From Eledone cirrhosa (Eukaryota), in contig OZ024742.1 in assembly GCA_964016885.1 (NCBI GenBank), positions 322,648,001-322,712,000 of the forward strand: DNA of 64,000 bases, written 5' to 3'. The notes beneath the pieces are model-generated. The model saw nothing but the letters and a program-made list of their open reading frames with translations. It was not told the DNA's origin and ran no database searches. Of the stretch, positions 39,458 through 53,191 are shown piece after piece (position 1 is the first letter of the stretch; the number at the start of each line of letters is the position of its first letter). The position numbers were made by a program, and so were the translations under genes.

Positions 39458-40595
39458 TGATATGCCGCTGGCAGGAAAACACACATCCTAATGTCTGTGC
39501 GCCCAGCATACATAGTTCCTTGAAGGGTTTGCCAGCCATCGCGTTTGTTAGAAAAAGCTATCAACGAAAAAAGACGAAAAGAACGAAGAACTTTGTGCAA
39601 CCAAAACCCAGTAGACAGTTGAAGCAACACAAAGAGCTCTGAGGGGGGTGGGGTATATATTTAGTTGACGACCACCTATAGACAACAACTACAACAATAA
39701 CAATGACATCAAACCGCCAACCAAAGTTGTCCATACTGGTCACAATAGTCAAGCTGATACCTTCACCCTATTGACAACAACTAAAACAGCAATAGTAAAA
39801 ACACTTACAGCAACAGCAAAAACACAGACTAGTGTCGTGTATACAGGTCGTAGTCATCGCAGTGACGGTACCACCCTGTTGACCGTAAACAGCGATAACG
39901 CCAAACCAATAAAAAGGAGTTTAGAGGTAGGTGGGTACACAGTTGGTGGTATCAATCACCATGACCATAAACAGTAACAATGGCAACGGCAACAAGCACC
40001 AACACCGCCCATCACCCACCCCGTTCGTCGCAGTAGTAGTGGTATCATCTAAGTCAGTATTAAGCCATTGGTAACACCAACAACAACACCACCAGCGATG
40101 ACCCCCACCATGGCGACGGCGGCAACAGGAAAAAAGCCACGCTTCCATGAAAATTAAATTAACCACAATAGTAGTCAGTTGAAACAAGGAAGTGAAAATG
40201 GGATAGAAACATAGATGGGTATTTATATATATAAAAACATTCCCAGTTAATACAATCCTCCTCTATCATTGTAAGGTACAAGGCCAGCAATGATCACAGC
40301 ATTCAGTCCCAACCACAGTGGCAACAATACTATCAAAAGGGCTGTTAGGTCATGGAAGAGAGTTACGGGAAGCAAAAGTAGGAACAGGAACACAATAATA
40401 AAGGAACAGGACAAAATACATAAAAAACAACAGTAGGTATATAAACAGAGGAATAGGGAACAAAGGACAAGAAACAAGTACACATAGTCTCCAGGTGTGC
40501 AAACAAGATATCCAAGGTTTGCCTGACGCTGGGGTTGCCGCGTGGCCATGCCCGGCTTCCACGGACAAGTTTGCAAAAGTCTTCAACTAGCACCA

Positions 40596-40937
40596 CTACG
40601 TTGCTAGTCTGTACAGTTTGAGGAAGGTTCCAGAAGATCTGTGGAGGCAGGTGCTGAAGAGGTTACTCCTTTTATTGATAACTTGAGCTCCCCTCTCGAT
40701 TATTTCCATAATCTCGGTGACACACAAATCGCATGAGTCATGTCCACCCTCTCTGTAGGGTTGGGCCAATGCTACCTTGGACCACGACATGGTGAATTGT
40801 ACGTTATCTTGTTTGAGACGCCACACTAGTTTCGAGAGGGCAGTGCTGTGTTTCTTATCAGCCCTCCTTATTACAAGAGTATGGCAGACTAGTTTTAAAT
40901 ACATAGTTGATACTGTATATACTGACCTTAGAACCAC
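40596..40937 (-). mobile_element. Penelope-like element ORF C-terminus (end of GIY-YIG endonuclease region); 3' non-coding part probably extends to ~39345
   Basis: HSTALSKLVWRLKQ..W..AQPY..CDLCVTE..I..INKRSNLFSTCLH matches the PLE C-terminal pattern from memory. Confidence 0.8.
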
Positions 40938-41129
40938 CTTGGTATGGGAAGAAACAATTTTCTTTATAAGATTTTAATGTTATTTTTTTATTTTGCCAGT
41001 AGTTTTTTTTTTAATGTGATCTTTTTGTAAATGTTTTATTTATTTTATTTTTTGTGCTTTTATTAACCATTTTTGTGTTTCTTTTCTTTCCTTTCCTCTC
41101 CCATGTCATTCCTCTTTGTATGTTCCCAG

Positions 41130-41199
41130 TGTCAGGAAACGAATGTCAGTTATTATAAGATGTCCTGATGGCAAGATCAAACTCTTTTGTAAAGGAGCT
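41130..41199 (+). CDS. ATP8A1: ATP8A-like exon (VRKRMSVIIRCPDGKIKLFCKGA)
   Basis: tcccag / gtaagt; RKRMSV and CKGA motifs. Confidence 0.96.
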
Positions 41200-41940
41200 G
41201 TAAGTGAATTTTTTTTTTTTTTTTTGCAATTTATATTCTCATGCAATTTCACCATCATCATTCCTCATCTTCATAGTTTTACATGTTTTCTATGCTAGCA
41301 TTGGGTGGACAGGTTGTCATGATCCAAGACTACCTGTCCAACTCAGGCCATTATCATCATCATAAAAGTAATAATAATGATCAAAATATTCATAACCATA
41401 CTGGCATGGTTTAGCAGAATCTGAGATACAGTGCGCTTTCGTGTGTCTCAAAATCTTGTGGCATCAGGTCAAACAAGTTTTGAATAGATATTAGTGCCAA
41501 TACCATGATACAATGCACTCAATACACTTTGTAAAGTGGTCACGCTGGTGTCATGATAAAATGCACTCAGTATACACTGTAAAGTGGTTGTGTCAGTGCT
41601 GCAATAACATGTTTCCTCTACAATCTGTCAAGTGGTTAGCATTAGGAAAGGCATCCAAACATAGAAACCAGACCAAACTATGGAACATCTGAGCAAAACG
41701 TGATTCTCCAACCAGTTTAATCACAGAATTTGACAACCTGATCAACATATACCAGCATGGAAAGCAGGCAGAAAATAATATTGATGATGATGATGATGAT
41801 GAGCTTGGTTTTTACTTCCTTGACGAAACAGTTAAAAAAAAAACAAAAAAAAACACTGCTTTATTTTTAGTAGTTCAATATTGTATATGCCAATCAGTAG
41901 TGATGTGGGTTATTTTACCATTATTGTCTAATGTTTTTAG

Positions 41941-42025
41941 GATACTGTGATCTATGAGAGGTTGGCTGACAATCAGCAATATAAGGAAATCACCTTAACT
42001 CACCTGGAAGAGTTTGCAACTACAG
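41941..42025 (+). CDS. ATP8A1: ATP8A-like exon (DTVIYERLADNQQYKEITLTHLEEFATT)
   Basis: ttttag / gtagga. Confidence 0.95.
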
Positions 42026-42143
42026 GTAGGATTTAGTTCTGTAATATTTCTTTCTTTTCCTTACATCATCAAATGTCAATGTAAAAGAAAATGAGGTAAA
42101 TGGAGATGTTCCTGTTTATTGTTGTTGTTCTTCTGTATTTTAG

Positions 42144-42283
42144 GTCTAAGAACATTATGTATTGCCACTGCAGAAGTTTCGCCAGAGTTCTATAATGATT
42201 GGAAACACACTTACTATAAAGCCAGTACCACAATACAACACAGAGAAAAGAGATTAGGAGAGGCAGCTGAATTAATTGAACAG
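42144..42283 (+). CDS. ATP8A1: ATP8A-like exon (GLRTLCIATAEVSPEFYNDWKHTYYKASTTIQHREKRLGEAAELIEQ)
   Basis: ttttag / gtacaa; GLRTL motif. Confidence 0.95.
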
Positions 42284-42489
42284 GTACAAAGCATATATAT
42301 ATATTGTTTCCTTGTTCCTCCCACCTTTCCTTCTCTCTCTTATGCTCTTCCCCCATCTCTCTTTCTTTCTCTCACTTATGCTCTTCCCCCATCTCTCTTA
42401 CTTTCTCCACTATTGTTCTTACTTTTCCTTCTTGCACCCCCACCCCCTTCTCTGATGATGATAATAATTTTTTTCATTGTTTCTTTCAG

Positions 42490-42537
42490 AACCTTAATTT
42501 GATAGGGTCGACAGCTATTGAAGATAGATTACAAGAG
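42490..42537 (+). CDS. ATP8A1: ATP8A-like exon (NLNLIGSTAIEDRLQE)
   Basis: tttcag / gtaata; TAIED.LQ motif. Confidence 0.95.
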
Positions 42538-44492
42538 GTAATATCTGAAATTATTTACTTACTGTTCCCTTTTCATACTAACTTACCTGACACTGCATGT
42601 GACTTATCTACCAAACTTTAATCTAGGCTTGAAATTCACACCACTAACACTAAAACACCTACATGCACACACACAATCAAATTAGGGTTGATCATATCAA
42701 TATTCATTCTGAGAATATTGGCGTTGTAAACAAATGTGTTAATGATGTCTTATACAGAAAAAAAAATTACTTCCACTTGTGTAAAACATTAAAGCATTTT
42801 TTTTTTATCAGCCAGATGTAATCCTAATGTCGATTAGAAGTAACATATATTGTTAATCCATTCAGAGTTGCAGTTTGAAAGCCCCAATTAATCTCTTTGT
42901 TTTGAGCATAAAAACACATAAAAACACATTGCTATAATATCTGTAGTTTCAAGACTTTTCTAAACTCTACTGGCAATGATTGAGATTATTTTAGCTAAAT
43001 GTTTTCTTTTATTTATACACAACTACAAGTGACATTGAAAACAGTATTTGCAAAAGGCAACATATAAACTTATATACAGGTCAAAAGTAGAAGCCAGGAT
43101 ATTATAAGCACAAAGGTGGTGTAGCTTATTTACTTATCTACCAGTGTAACTTCTATTCAAGTTTATACAATGTATTTTAACTGAAACCTTTTATCATACT
43201 TTAATGTAAGAACTTTTTATTATGAAAAACTGTTTAAAAATGAAAAAGACATCAGAAGTATGTGTCAGAATTATATACACATCAGACACATGTGTCAGAA
43301 TTATATACACAAGTGTCAGAATTATATATACGAGTGTCAGAAGTACATATTAGACATCACCATCACCGTTTAACGTCCATTTTCCACACTAGCATGGTTT
43401 AGACGAGTTGTCATGTTGTGGGCAATGCTAGGTCAGGTGATCATGTGTTGTTCATACAGAACTGATTTTGGCTTGGTTTCTACAGCTAGATGCCCTTCCT
43501 AACGCCAACCTCATTTACAGTGAGTACTGGGTGTTTTTTGTCGTGACACCTATTCAACCACTTTAGTGTGGGCTGGGTGTTTTTGTCAACACCTACATGA
43601 CCACTTTACAATGTGGGCTGGGCACTTTTTGTTGTGACACCTACACGATAACTTTACAGTGTGGACTGGGTGCTTTTTTTGGGGGGTGGGGGATACACAA
43701 CTACTTTACAGTGTGGCCCGGGTGCTTTTTGTCGTAACACCTACATGTGGGAGGGTGGAGTGAGGGCATACTGTGCCTCAACTTTGGCCTGTGCTTGTGG
43801 GAAGTCGGGTCTTCTGTATTGCCAGAAATCTCGGTCCTGTTTCATCATCTTTGAGAGGTGCAATTGGGCAAGGTCAGCTTTTATCACCTCATCCCAAGTC
43901 TTCCAGAGTACAATGTATTAAAACTAAAACCTTTTATCATAATTTTTGTAAGAACTTTTTGATGAGTCCTAAACACCAGTTTCATAATGAAAAAGATGTC
44001 AGAAGGTTCTGCCATATCCAGGAGTTTCCATATGTCTTATGGGACCATAGTTCAGTACATGGAAGTTCTACCCCCAAACAAAGGCAAGTTTGTGGAATAC
44101 TAGCAGTTGCTCATGCATGCAAGTTTCCCTTCATGCTAATGTCATATCCTGTAATAAATTTGATTGTTGTTATTTTATGGATGTACTGGATGTATCTGGT
44201 TTAGAATAGGTACACTATATTCCTGTGTGTTAGGAGTGGTGATTAAAGTGGTTGGCAAAAAGAAGAGCATCTAGCTGTAAAACATTGCCTTAAAAAGGAC
44301 CTCATGGTGGGTATAATTGAGCCTGTGAATAGACCCACAGAGCTAACCCATGCTTTAGCAAGGAAAATGTCCTTAAAATAGCTTGTTACTGTTTTGTGAT
44401 TCCAACCTCACCACAATTAACTTTACCTTTTGTTCTCCTGGCAACCAGTGTTAATGTTGTTGATTTATTGTTGTTATCCATTTATATTTCAG

Positions 44493-44583
44493 GGTGTACC
44501 AGAGAGTATTGCCAATCTGATGAGAGCAGATATAAAAATTTGGGTACTCACTGGAGACAAACAAGAAACAGCAGTTAATATTG
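44493..44583 (+). CDS. ATP8A1: ATP8A-like exon ([31 protein letters not shown])
   Basis: tttcag / gtatga; TGDK motif. Confidence 0.96.
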
Positions 44584-45209
44584 GTATGATGTTTCATTTA
44601 ACTCTTGTGCTATGGAATGCGCAATAAAACTTATATATGTAGAACTATGTATATATACTCACAAATCTATACACACACAAATCTCCACATACCCACTCAC
44701 CCCCCACATACACACACATACATCCCCTTGTAATCCATCAAAATGGACAATGAAGTTCCTCTTCTGATAATGGGCAGACACGTAGATGAAAAGTCCAAAG
44801 ATGTTGTACATCTGCTGCACTTGTGGACCAGACAGTCATCATTACTACTACCAATCCAGGTGCTTGTTTCTGCTCATAGTGGACTATTTAGAGCAAAGTT
44901 TAGACAGCTTAGGGAGATGCCTAGTGGTAAGAGATTGCCAGTCTTGTCAGTCCTTTCTTGCATCTTTCCAGCTGGACAATGGAATTTTACTGTCTCCGGG
45001 TCTGTTGAAGAGTGTCCTTGAATCACTTTCTTTCTGTCCACCTTGCACTCTTTCTCCACAAATAAACTCACCATAGAGGATTGCTTTGATTTGGCAGTTC
45101 ACTATTTCAAAACCACCATATTAAAAGGAAAACAGCCATATACATACAACTTATAAATACTGTTGTTTATTTTGTACTGTAGTAACCTAATATTTTCCTC
45201 GTTTTCCAG

Positions 45210-45274
45210 GCTATTCCTGTAAGCTGCTAACACAGGGTACTCCTTTATTAATGGTTAATGAACACAGCCTAGAT
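45210..45274 (+). CDS. ATP8A1: ATP8A-like exon (YSCKLLTQGTPLLMVNEHSLD)
   Basis: ttccag / gtaagt; GYSC.LL. Confidence 0.94.
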
Positions 45275-45939
45275 GTAAGTTATATTAGTCATTGTTGTTG
45301 TTTTATCATTGTTTGTTTTTGTTTATAGTATTGTTTTGTTTTTTTATGATTCTAATTACTGTTTTTTTTTTAGTTTAAAAATCCCTCCCGTAATCCTCTT
45401 CTCTGAGCTGTGATGAGTGTTGTTGTTATAATTATTATTATTATTATTGCTGTTACAATGTTATTGATGTTGTGATCCCAGTTTAATTTATGCTTCCTGT
45501 TGGACCACAACCTCCTTTGTGGGTTTAGAATGAGAAACCTTCTTGTCTCTCCTCTTCCCCTCATCCTAGCTCTTTATGTTCTGAGTTTACATCCTGCTGA
45601 GGTCAACTTTGCCTTTCATCATAAAATAAATTAGTGGGATATATTTAATCAACTTCTCATCATCATCATCACCAAAATTGCTGACCTTGGCCTAAATTAA
45701 AAACCATAATTACAAAGGGCAGTGATTTGGTAGAATCGTTAGAGCGTTGAACAAAATGCTTTGCAACATTTAGTTACAGCCCTTTACCTTCTGTGTTCAA
45801 ATCCTGCCTAGGTTAACTTTGCCTAGGGGTTGAGTACCAATCAGGTACTGGGGGTTAATTTAATCTACTTTTCTCTTCTTCCCTTCAAATTGCTGGCCTT
45901 ATGTCAAATGTAGAAACAATTCTTATTAGTTTTACTATT

Positions 45940-46126
45940 AACCCTTTTCATACCAACCTGGCCAAAAGTGGCTCTGGTTCTATAAAAGAAAACCACCCAT
46001 TTTAAAACCTTCCAATTTGATTTTATGTTAAAACCATATGTTACGTTATCTTAGTAATGAAATAATTAATAATTTTAGTTAATCTCTCTAAATTCTTCAT
46101 TACTTAATTGGTCATGAAAGGGTTAA
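45940..46126. mobile_element. piggyBac-type MITE, second family (copies also near 27489-27959, 34462, 60804-61021 and 62097-62487)
   Basis: TTAACCCTTT...GAAAGGGTTAA termini. Confidence 0.78.
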
Positions 46127-48621
46127 TCTAAATCAAGTGATTTCTGTTAATAATTCATTTGATCCATATTTTTTTTTGAAATTCCAAAGTGTGCCCCCCG
46201 AAAAAAGTGAAAGCATTTTTATGTTTACAGCACAAAGTTGGTAGTGACCATCACAATGGAAGCGCTGCCGATCATGGTGAAAGTTTAATTGTTAAAGTAT
46301 GTATTTTAGCACGACTTCTAAACCGCTGTGCTACGTGTTCAAACTCTCTCTCTATATATATATGGACTTGTATGTCAGCTATTATCTTCTCTATACTTAG
46401 TTATACTTACTTGCTGCAGCTACTATTCAGATTCCCCATATATATATATATATATATATCTTTCTCACTACTGCCTCTCTCCACTCTGTCAATATCACAA
46501 TAACCTCTCGAATGTTGGTTCTAGAATAAAATGCATCCTGTACACACTGTAAAGTGGTTGACATTAGGAAGTGTATCCGGCGATAGAAACCATGCCAAAA
46601 ATTGAATGTATGACCAAGATATTGTCCCCTTGATCTGTCTAGTCTTGGGCCTAAACACCCCATTCAACATATGCAAGCATAGAAAGTGGATATGAAATGG
46701 TGATGATGATTGTGAGAGCTCTATAAAAAAGCACATGAAGTAAATGGAACTTTTGGAAGGCAGCAGTGTTGAGTGATGACTCACTATAGTAGGACAGACC
46801 TTCCCTCCAGTAAATATGATGGGAAATTAGAGACTGCGAGGCATGGAGGGTCCCTTTTAGCCTGCAGTATGCTGGACAAACTAATGGCATGTTCTTGGTA
46901 CTGCTGTAAAATGACTGATGAATGAATGCAAACAATACAGGACAGAGTGAACCCTTTGACCATGACAATCACATAACTTCTCTAATACTAGTACCATGAT
47001 AAAGGACACTCAGTACCTTCTGTAAAATGGTTGATAATCAAATAGAGATTATATAGGGTAGTGAGGACTCTTCAGTCTAGCTGGGCACATGACAACCTCT
47101 ATTGTTGGTATCATGATAAAATGCATCTAGTACACTTTGTAAAGTGGTGGGCATAAGGGTCGGTATCAACTCATTGAAACCATACAAAAATAGATCATAC
47201 AAACAAAACATAGTCCCCAAGCTGTCTTAAAAGGCAGTACCTCTGAATAAGGATTGATTTGGGCTATAAAATCTCATCTAACCCAGAATGGAAAGTGGTC
47301 ATAAAATGGTAGTGAAAAGATTGATACAAACTAAAGAGTGTCTGAAGAGCTCTGAGTATGTGTGTGGGTATGTATATATATATATGTGGGGAATCTTGCA
47401 TCTCAATTAAGTTAGGCTCTCTCTCTTTTTTTATTTCTCTGCCCACTTCCAGTCACACAGACTGTAGGTTCTATTCAGTTTGTGTGTAGGGTAACTTATC
47501 TCTCTCTTTCTATCGCCATGTATTTATATATATGTATATATATAAATATACTGTTACGCTATCTTTCTGTCTCACTACTACTCCTCTTAACCTCAAAACA
47601 TGGCCTCTGTTCAGTATTCGACCCTCGCAGTGTTTGCAGTTGGCTTCTGTCCAAAAAAAAAACACAGACAGTGCTGCTCTATTTTCTTTCCTTCTGTTTT
47701 TATTATTTTTATTTTTTTTTAGGTTTTGTTTGTTTTTATTCAAATATTTATTACAGTTGTTTTGAAAAAAATTAATTTCAAGTCTTTCTTTCATTGTTTT
47801 TTTTTGTTTTTTGTATACTATATATACTCATGACTAAGTTGCTCCTTTTTATATAGAAACACAACATACCATATTACTTTCTGTATAATATATACAACCC
47901 CTGTTTCTGAAGCTAAAAAGATGTGAATAAATTACATCCCCATGTATCATACAACTGTGGCGTACATATCTCTGTAAATATTTTTATTAATTTGTTATTC
48001 ATCAAAATCTTGATCTCACACATATATTTCAATATAATATTCAGTTTCTCATGATATTAAAGAATGTAAAACAACTGAATATTTAGCATTTTGTTTAGAA
48101 ATGAGCTTATCCTTTCTACTTCCCCTTTTAAAACATATTTTCAAATTTCAAGGGAATATGCTAATTTGATATAATGCATTTTTGTCTTTAAGACAAATGC
48201 TATTCAGTTATGTTGATTCCCAAATAACAAATATCGCCAATATATCAAATACCATTTGTAAATAATTGCTGTCAACACATATATATAATTGGCCATTTGA
48301 AATGTGTATTTTTATACTTAGTAAAAGTTTCTATATTCATATATAATACAAACTCTCCCACCCTCTTTTTTGCCTTTAATTTTATCCACGAATTTCTCAT
48401 ATTTCTCATATCATGAGGAAATATGATAAATAAATTCAGCTCTGTGCATCTGGTTTAGAATCAGTGCACTATAGGTGTTGAAGAGGCAATTATAAAGGTT
48501 GGTGCTGCAATGTGCTTCCGACCGTGAAACTTTACATAAAAAAAGGACCCCATAATGTGAAAGATGTAAAATAGAGACAAGTTTTAAATGAGTACTCAAT
48601 ACTTATTAGAAAATATAAATA

Positions 48622-48802
48622 CCGTATATGCTGGTGTACAAGTCGATCCGGTGCATAGGTTGACTCCTAAAATTCTGAGGTGTAATTCAGGTTTAGGCCT
48701 ATATTTGCCATATATGATTTATATTTGGCTGACAAGTCGACCCCTTGTTTTGGAGAGATAATTTTAGGCTCCAAATGTCAACTTGTACACTGCCATATAC
48801 AT
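48622..48802. mobile_element. Pogo/Tigger-like MITE
   Basis: TA-CCGTATATGCTGGTGTACAAGTCGA ... TCAACTTGTACACTGCCATATAC imperfect TIRs. Confidence 0.65.
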
Positions 48803-50244
48803 AGAATTCTGCCTCTAAAACTCTCATCTAATCAATGCCAGTATGGATTAAAACTGATAATGATGATAACTTACAGTTTATCTGTGACTCAAGTACTGAA
48901 CCAAGAATATTGTATGTAAAATGGTGGGGGTGGGACTATTTATCTACTGGTGTGACATATGCACAAGTATTTACAGTATACAATATAATTTTTAATTTGG
49001 TTGTATTATTTTTGATTAATTAATTATTTTTTAAACTTTCATTTAATTTCATAATTTAGTTTTTTCAGTATGCATTGCTATTATATATTTTCTACTTCTT
49101 AGCTCTTAGCTATTATATATTATATATTTTTTCTACTTCTTAGCTCTTACCTCTTTAGCAATGCCAGTGATTTATTTTTTTTTATTTTTTTTATTATTTT
49201 TTCAGCATTCTTCATATTTTGTTTAATTATTTTAATTGTTGTTTTTCATTTTTCTATTATTTTTAATTAATTAAACTTAATTATTATTAATTTGCCATGG
49301 TTTTTTTAATTTTTTTTAAGCTTAATCAGAAATTTGTCTGCTGCATGTGAAAGTATCTTGATTAATAGATTTATTTTTTTATTTTAATCATTTTTTTTTT
49401 CTGTTCAAAATAGTGCCAAAACAAAAATAATCATTGAACGGTCAAACTCTGTTTCCTGGTTTTTCAAAAAAACCCAAAATAGTTTAAAATAGCAACAACA
49501 GCAAATAATAATAGTGTATTTGAATGTTTTATTATTTCACTTAGGGCAATGGATTGGAAGGATCATTAGAGTATCAGATGAAATGCCTCATGATCTTTAG
49601 TTATGAAGACAGCAAATTGGCTGAGTTGTTAGAACGTCGGATGGAATGCTTTGCAGTATTCATTCTAGCTCTGTTAGTTCACACCCTGCCAAGGTCAACT
49701 TTGTCTTTCATTCTTTCGAGGTTGATAAAAAATGTACCAGTTTAGTACTGGGGTTGATCAATTTTTCCTCTATATCTCGTTTTCACTTCACTCTCTCACC
49801 CTCATTCTCTGGATGAAATTGGCTGTATTCAGACCTGGAAAATACCCAACATAGGTTGTATTTCACAACGGCGCCCCTACAACTCTATCAAAAGTTACGG
49901 TCCATACATACATATATTTAGTTATAGTGCTTTATATTCGGAGTTCAAATGTTGCCAAAGTCAACTTTACATTTCATCCTTCTGGGGTCTATAAAATAAG
50001 GTAGCAGTCAAGTACTGGTTCTATAATCAACTGTTCCTCAGCTTTTTCTTTCATATTTAATATGCAGCTGGAGTTAGATGACATATAAGAACAATGATTA
50101 AACATTTAGCCTAAAACATTTAATAATCCTGATATTTGGGGCAAAAGGGCTCCTAGTTAAAGAACATGAAGGATGAGAAAAACAACTTGGTTAATAAGAG
50201 TTTCAAAATTATAATCCAAATAGGAAATATCAGGATTATATATA

Positions 50245-50283
50245 CTAGCAGAAAAACCTCTTTTCGGGTGGTTTTCTGCTAGC
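50245..50283 (-). mobile_element. Possible Helitron 3' end (hairpin ending CTAG|T)
   Basis: ctagcagaaaaacc...ggttttctgctag; 5' end not found. Confidence 0.4.
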
Positions 50284-51087
50284 ACGTGTAGTGTGCATAT
50301 TGATATTATACGCAAGTACACATGCATGTAGATATGATACATCAAATAAAATCGTAATTGACAATATACACAGAAATTGAACGAAGACTGCGTTACATTG
50401 TCTTATGTAATCAGTAACGTAACCCATGATACATTAAAAAAAGACAATATTATATATAAACTGCATTAGGAGAAAATTAGTGACGGAAATATATGAATGT
50501 TTATTTAAGCGATCGCTAAGAAGAAAATTTTACAAGAAGTGAATCTTTAAATAAGCAATAAAATATATTTAATCAAAAGCTACGAAATTTAGCAGATAAA
50601 TTATGTAATATTCATTCATTATCTATTCAAAGTAATCCAACTTATTTTACAAACGGGATAAACAATTATATTCTGGATGCAGTCCCACACTCCTTTCTTT
50701 ATTATAGTTAAGATGTTTTAATCCTTTCACTATTAACTCTTGAATATTCTGTGGCTTCTTTACTGATTTCTGGAACCAAATTTAAAAAAAAGATTTCCTT
50801 TTATTTACTTTTTTTGTGCTTTTAAATCAACTAAATTTTAGATTTTAAGAAGTTTAAAATCATGTTAAAAACAATAATATACACATATTATTGGTTATTC
50901 ATTCTTCTCTAAGTATAAATATTTTATGTATTTTATACTCTAACAGTCTTCAAGCAAACTACAAAATTCACATATATTATAGTCCTTCTTTTGGTATAAG
51001 GTCACATTTATTTTTTTTTATATATTTCCTCTCCCATTTTGCACAGGGTCATTTTTGTCATAACAGCCCTTCTTTTGGTAAAGGGTT

Positions 51088-51121
<34 letters not shown>

Positions 51122-52883
51122 TGGAGAGGCATAGATGCTTCATCTAGGTGCATATGGTCTCTTTTTTTGGCATATCGGCCTTTTTTTTAACAAATGCTTT
51201 CTTTTTGGCATATAGTCTCATTGTGTAAAACAAAAGTCCAGTGACTCAAGTAATATTACAGTTGCTTATCTTTTTTACAACTTAGAAAGAATAAAAACAG
51301 AGGATCAAACATTTCCATTTTGGGGGGTTGGAGAGGGAGGTATTTTTAGCACATATTTCTACATTTAATCAACTAACTCATCATCATCATCACCGTTTTA
51401 CATCCGTTCTTCCAGGCTCTCCCTTCAAATTTTTGGTCTTTTGTCTTGACAAAATTGTTAAAACAGTGCACAGAATGCTTTGTGGGGTTTGTTCTGTCAT
51501 AGTTTTTTACATTTATTTTCCATGTTTTTATGGGTTGGACAGGTCCATTTCAGTACAGCATCTCTTCACTAACCGCATTTCTTTGTCATCTCCTCTGTGA
51601 GTCTCTGCAATTTGAGATCAGCTCTCACCACCTCTGCCCAGGTCTTTCTTGGTCCACCTGTACTGCTGCTTCTTTCCACTGGAATTTCCTGGCACTTCTT
51701 CACCTACTGATCATCTCTTGAGTTCAAATCCTCTGAAGTCAACTTAGGCTTTTTATTCTTCCAGGGTCAATAAAATAAAGTACCAGTTAAGTACTGAGGT
51801 TAATATAATCATCTTTCCCATTCTACCAAATTGCTGGCCTTGTGCAAATGCTAGAAAGAAAAACTAGAATTATTATTGTTGTAGTTGTTGTTTGGCAGAA
51901 TTGTTAAAACACTGAATGAAATGCTTTGCAGTATTTACATTCTAAGTTCAAATCCTGTTGAGGTCAACTTAGTCTTTTATCTTTCCAGGGTTGATAAAAT
52001 AAAGTATCAGTCAAATATTGGAGCTAACGCAATTGACTTTCCCCTTTACACAAATTGCTAGCCTTGTGCCTAAATTAGAAATCATTATTATTATTAAAAA
52101 GGAGCTGTCGGCTGGCAGACAGAATCAGCAAAGCATAAGAAAAATTGCCTTGTGGTATTTGGTTGTGAATCTTTGTTCTGAATTAAAATCCTGCTGCAGT
52201 CAGCTTTGCTTTTCATTCTCCCAGGGTCAGTAAAATAAAGTACCAGTTAAGTAAGTTACTGGGTTGACTATAATCACTTCTATCCTTCCCAAAGTGCTGG
52301 CCTTGTTCCAAAATTAGCAACCATTATTATTTTTGTGGATTGGCAGAATTGTCAGGGCATGGGACAGAATGCTGTACAGTGTTTTATATTTTGAGATCAA
52401 AAATAAAATAATGTACCAGTAAAGTACTGAGGGTCAAATGACTGTTTCCTGCGAACACACTGACCCACCAGCCCCACTCCCATCCACATTTCTGGTCTTG
52501 ATCCTATGTAAGAAAAAAAATTATTGTTGTTATTATTAGCATACCTGTCATGCTGAAGGCTGTCGTTTTGGGATTGAATGTGCCACATTCAAGGTAAAAT
52601 AAATTTCATATTCTTCTTTAGACTTCCAAGTTAAGTTGCAGTTAAGGTAAGTCCACTAGAATAAGATACTTCTGTTTATCTGTTGACAAATTAGCAGTCA
52701 TGAGAACATTGTATTAAATACATTGGTATTTGTTTCAGTTCTCTGGGCTGTGGGTTCAAAACCTGCCCAGATCAACTTTTACCTTTCATCCTTTTAGGGT
52801 TGATAAAGTACCAATCCAGGGGCAATGAAGACACGTGACTTAATGATTAGGTTGCTGGACTCGTGATTATAAGGTTGTGAGTT

Positions 52884-53069
52884 TGGCTGATAAACTTCAT
52901 CGATTCAAACATAGGAACCATCAGTAAACAGATACTTGATAGAATCATCTCTGTAGTTCAAAGATCCTCACCCCCTGCCCCATGGAGTAAAACCTCTGAG
53001 GTCATTGAATGGTTCCGTGACCTTCCGGACAAACAACCCCTGCTCTTACAACTCAATATAGACAACTAT
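52884..53069 (+). mobile_element. Penelope-like reverse transcriptase fragment
   Basis: LINFIDSNIGTISKQILDRII../PWSKTSEVIEWFRDLPDK..LQLNIDNY resembles PLE RT RLINP..S..G.ISK.ILD..W..T..VI.WF; ends in a TA tract. Confidence 0.78.
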
Positions 53070-53141
53070 ATATATATATGTATATATAGTCTAACCCATG
53101 TCAGCATTGAAAGTGAATGTAAAATGATAATCTACCCCCCC

Positions 53142-53191
<50 letters not shown>

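Noticed and set aside
44720-45080. Moderately GC-rich segment with short ORFs on both strands
   Set aside because: No recognisable domain and not needed for the ATP8A frame; probably a decayed TE.
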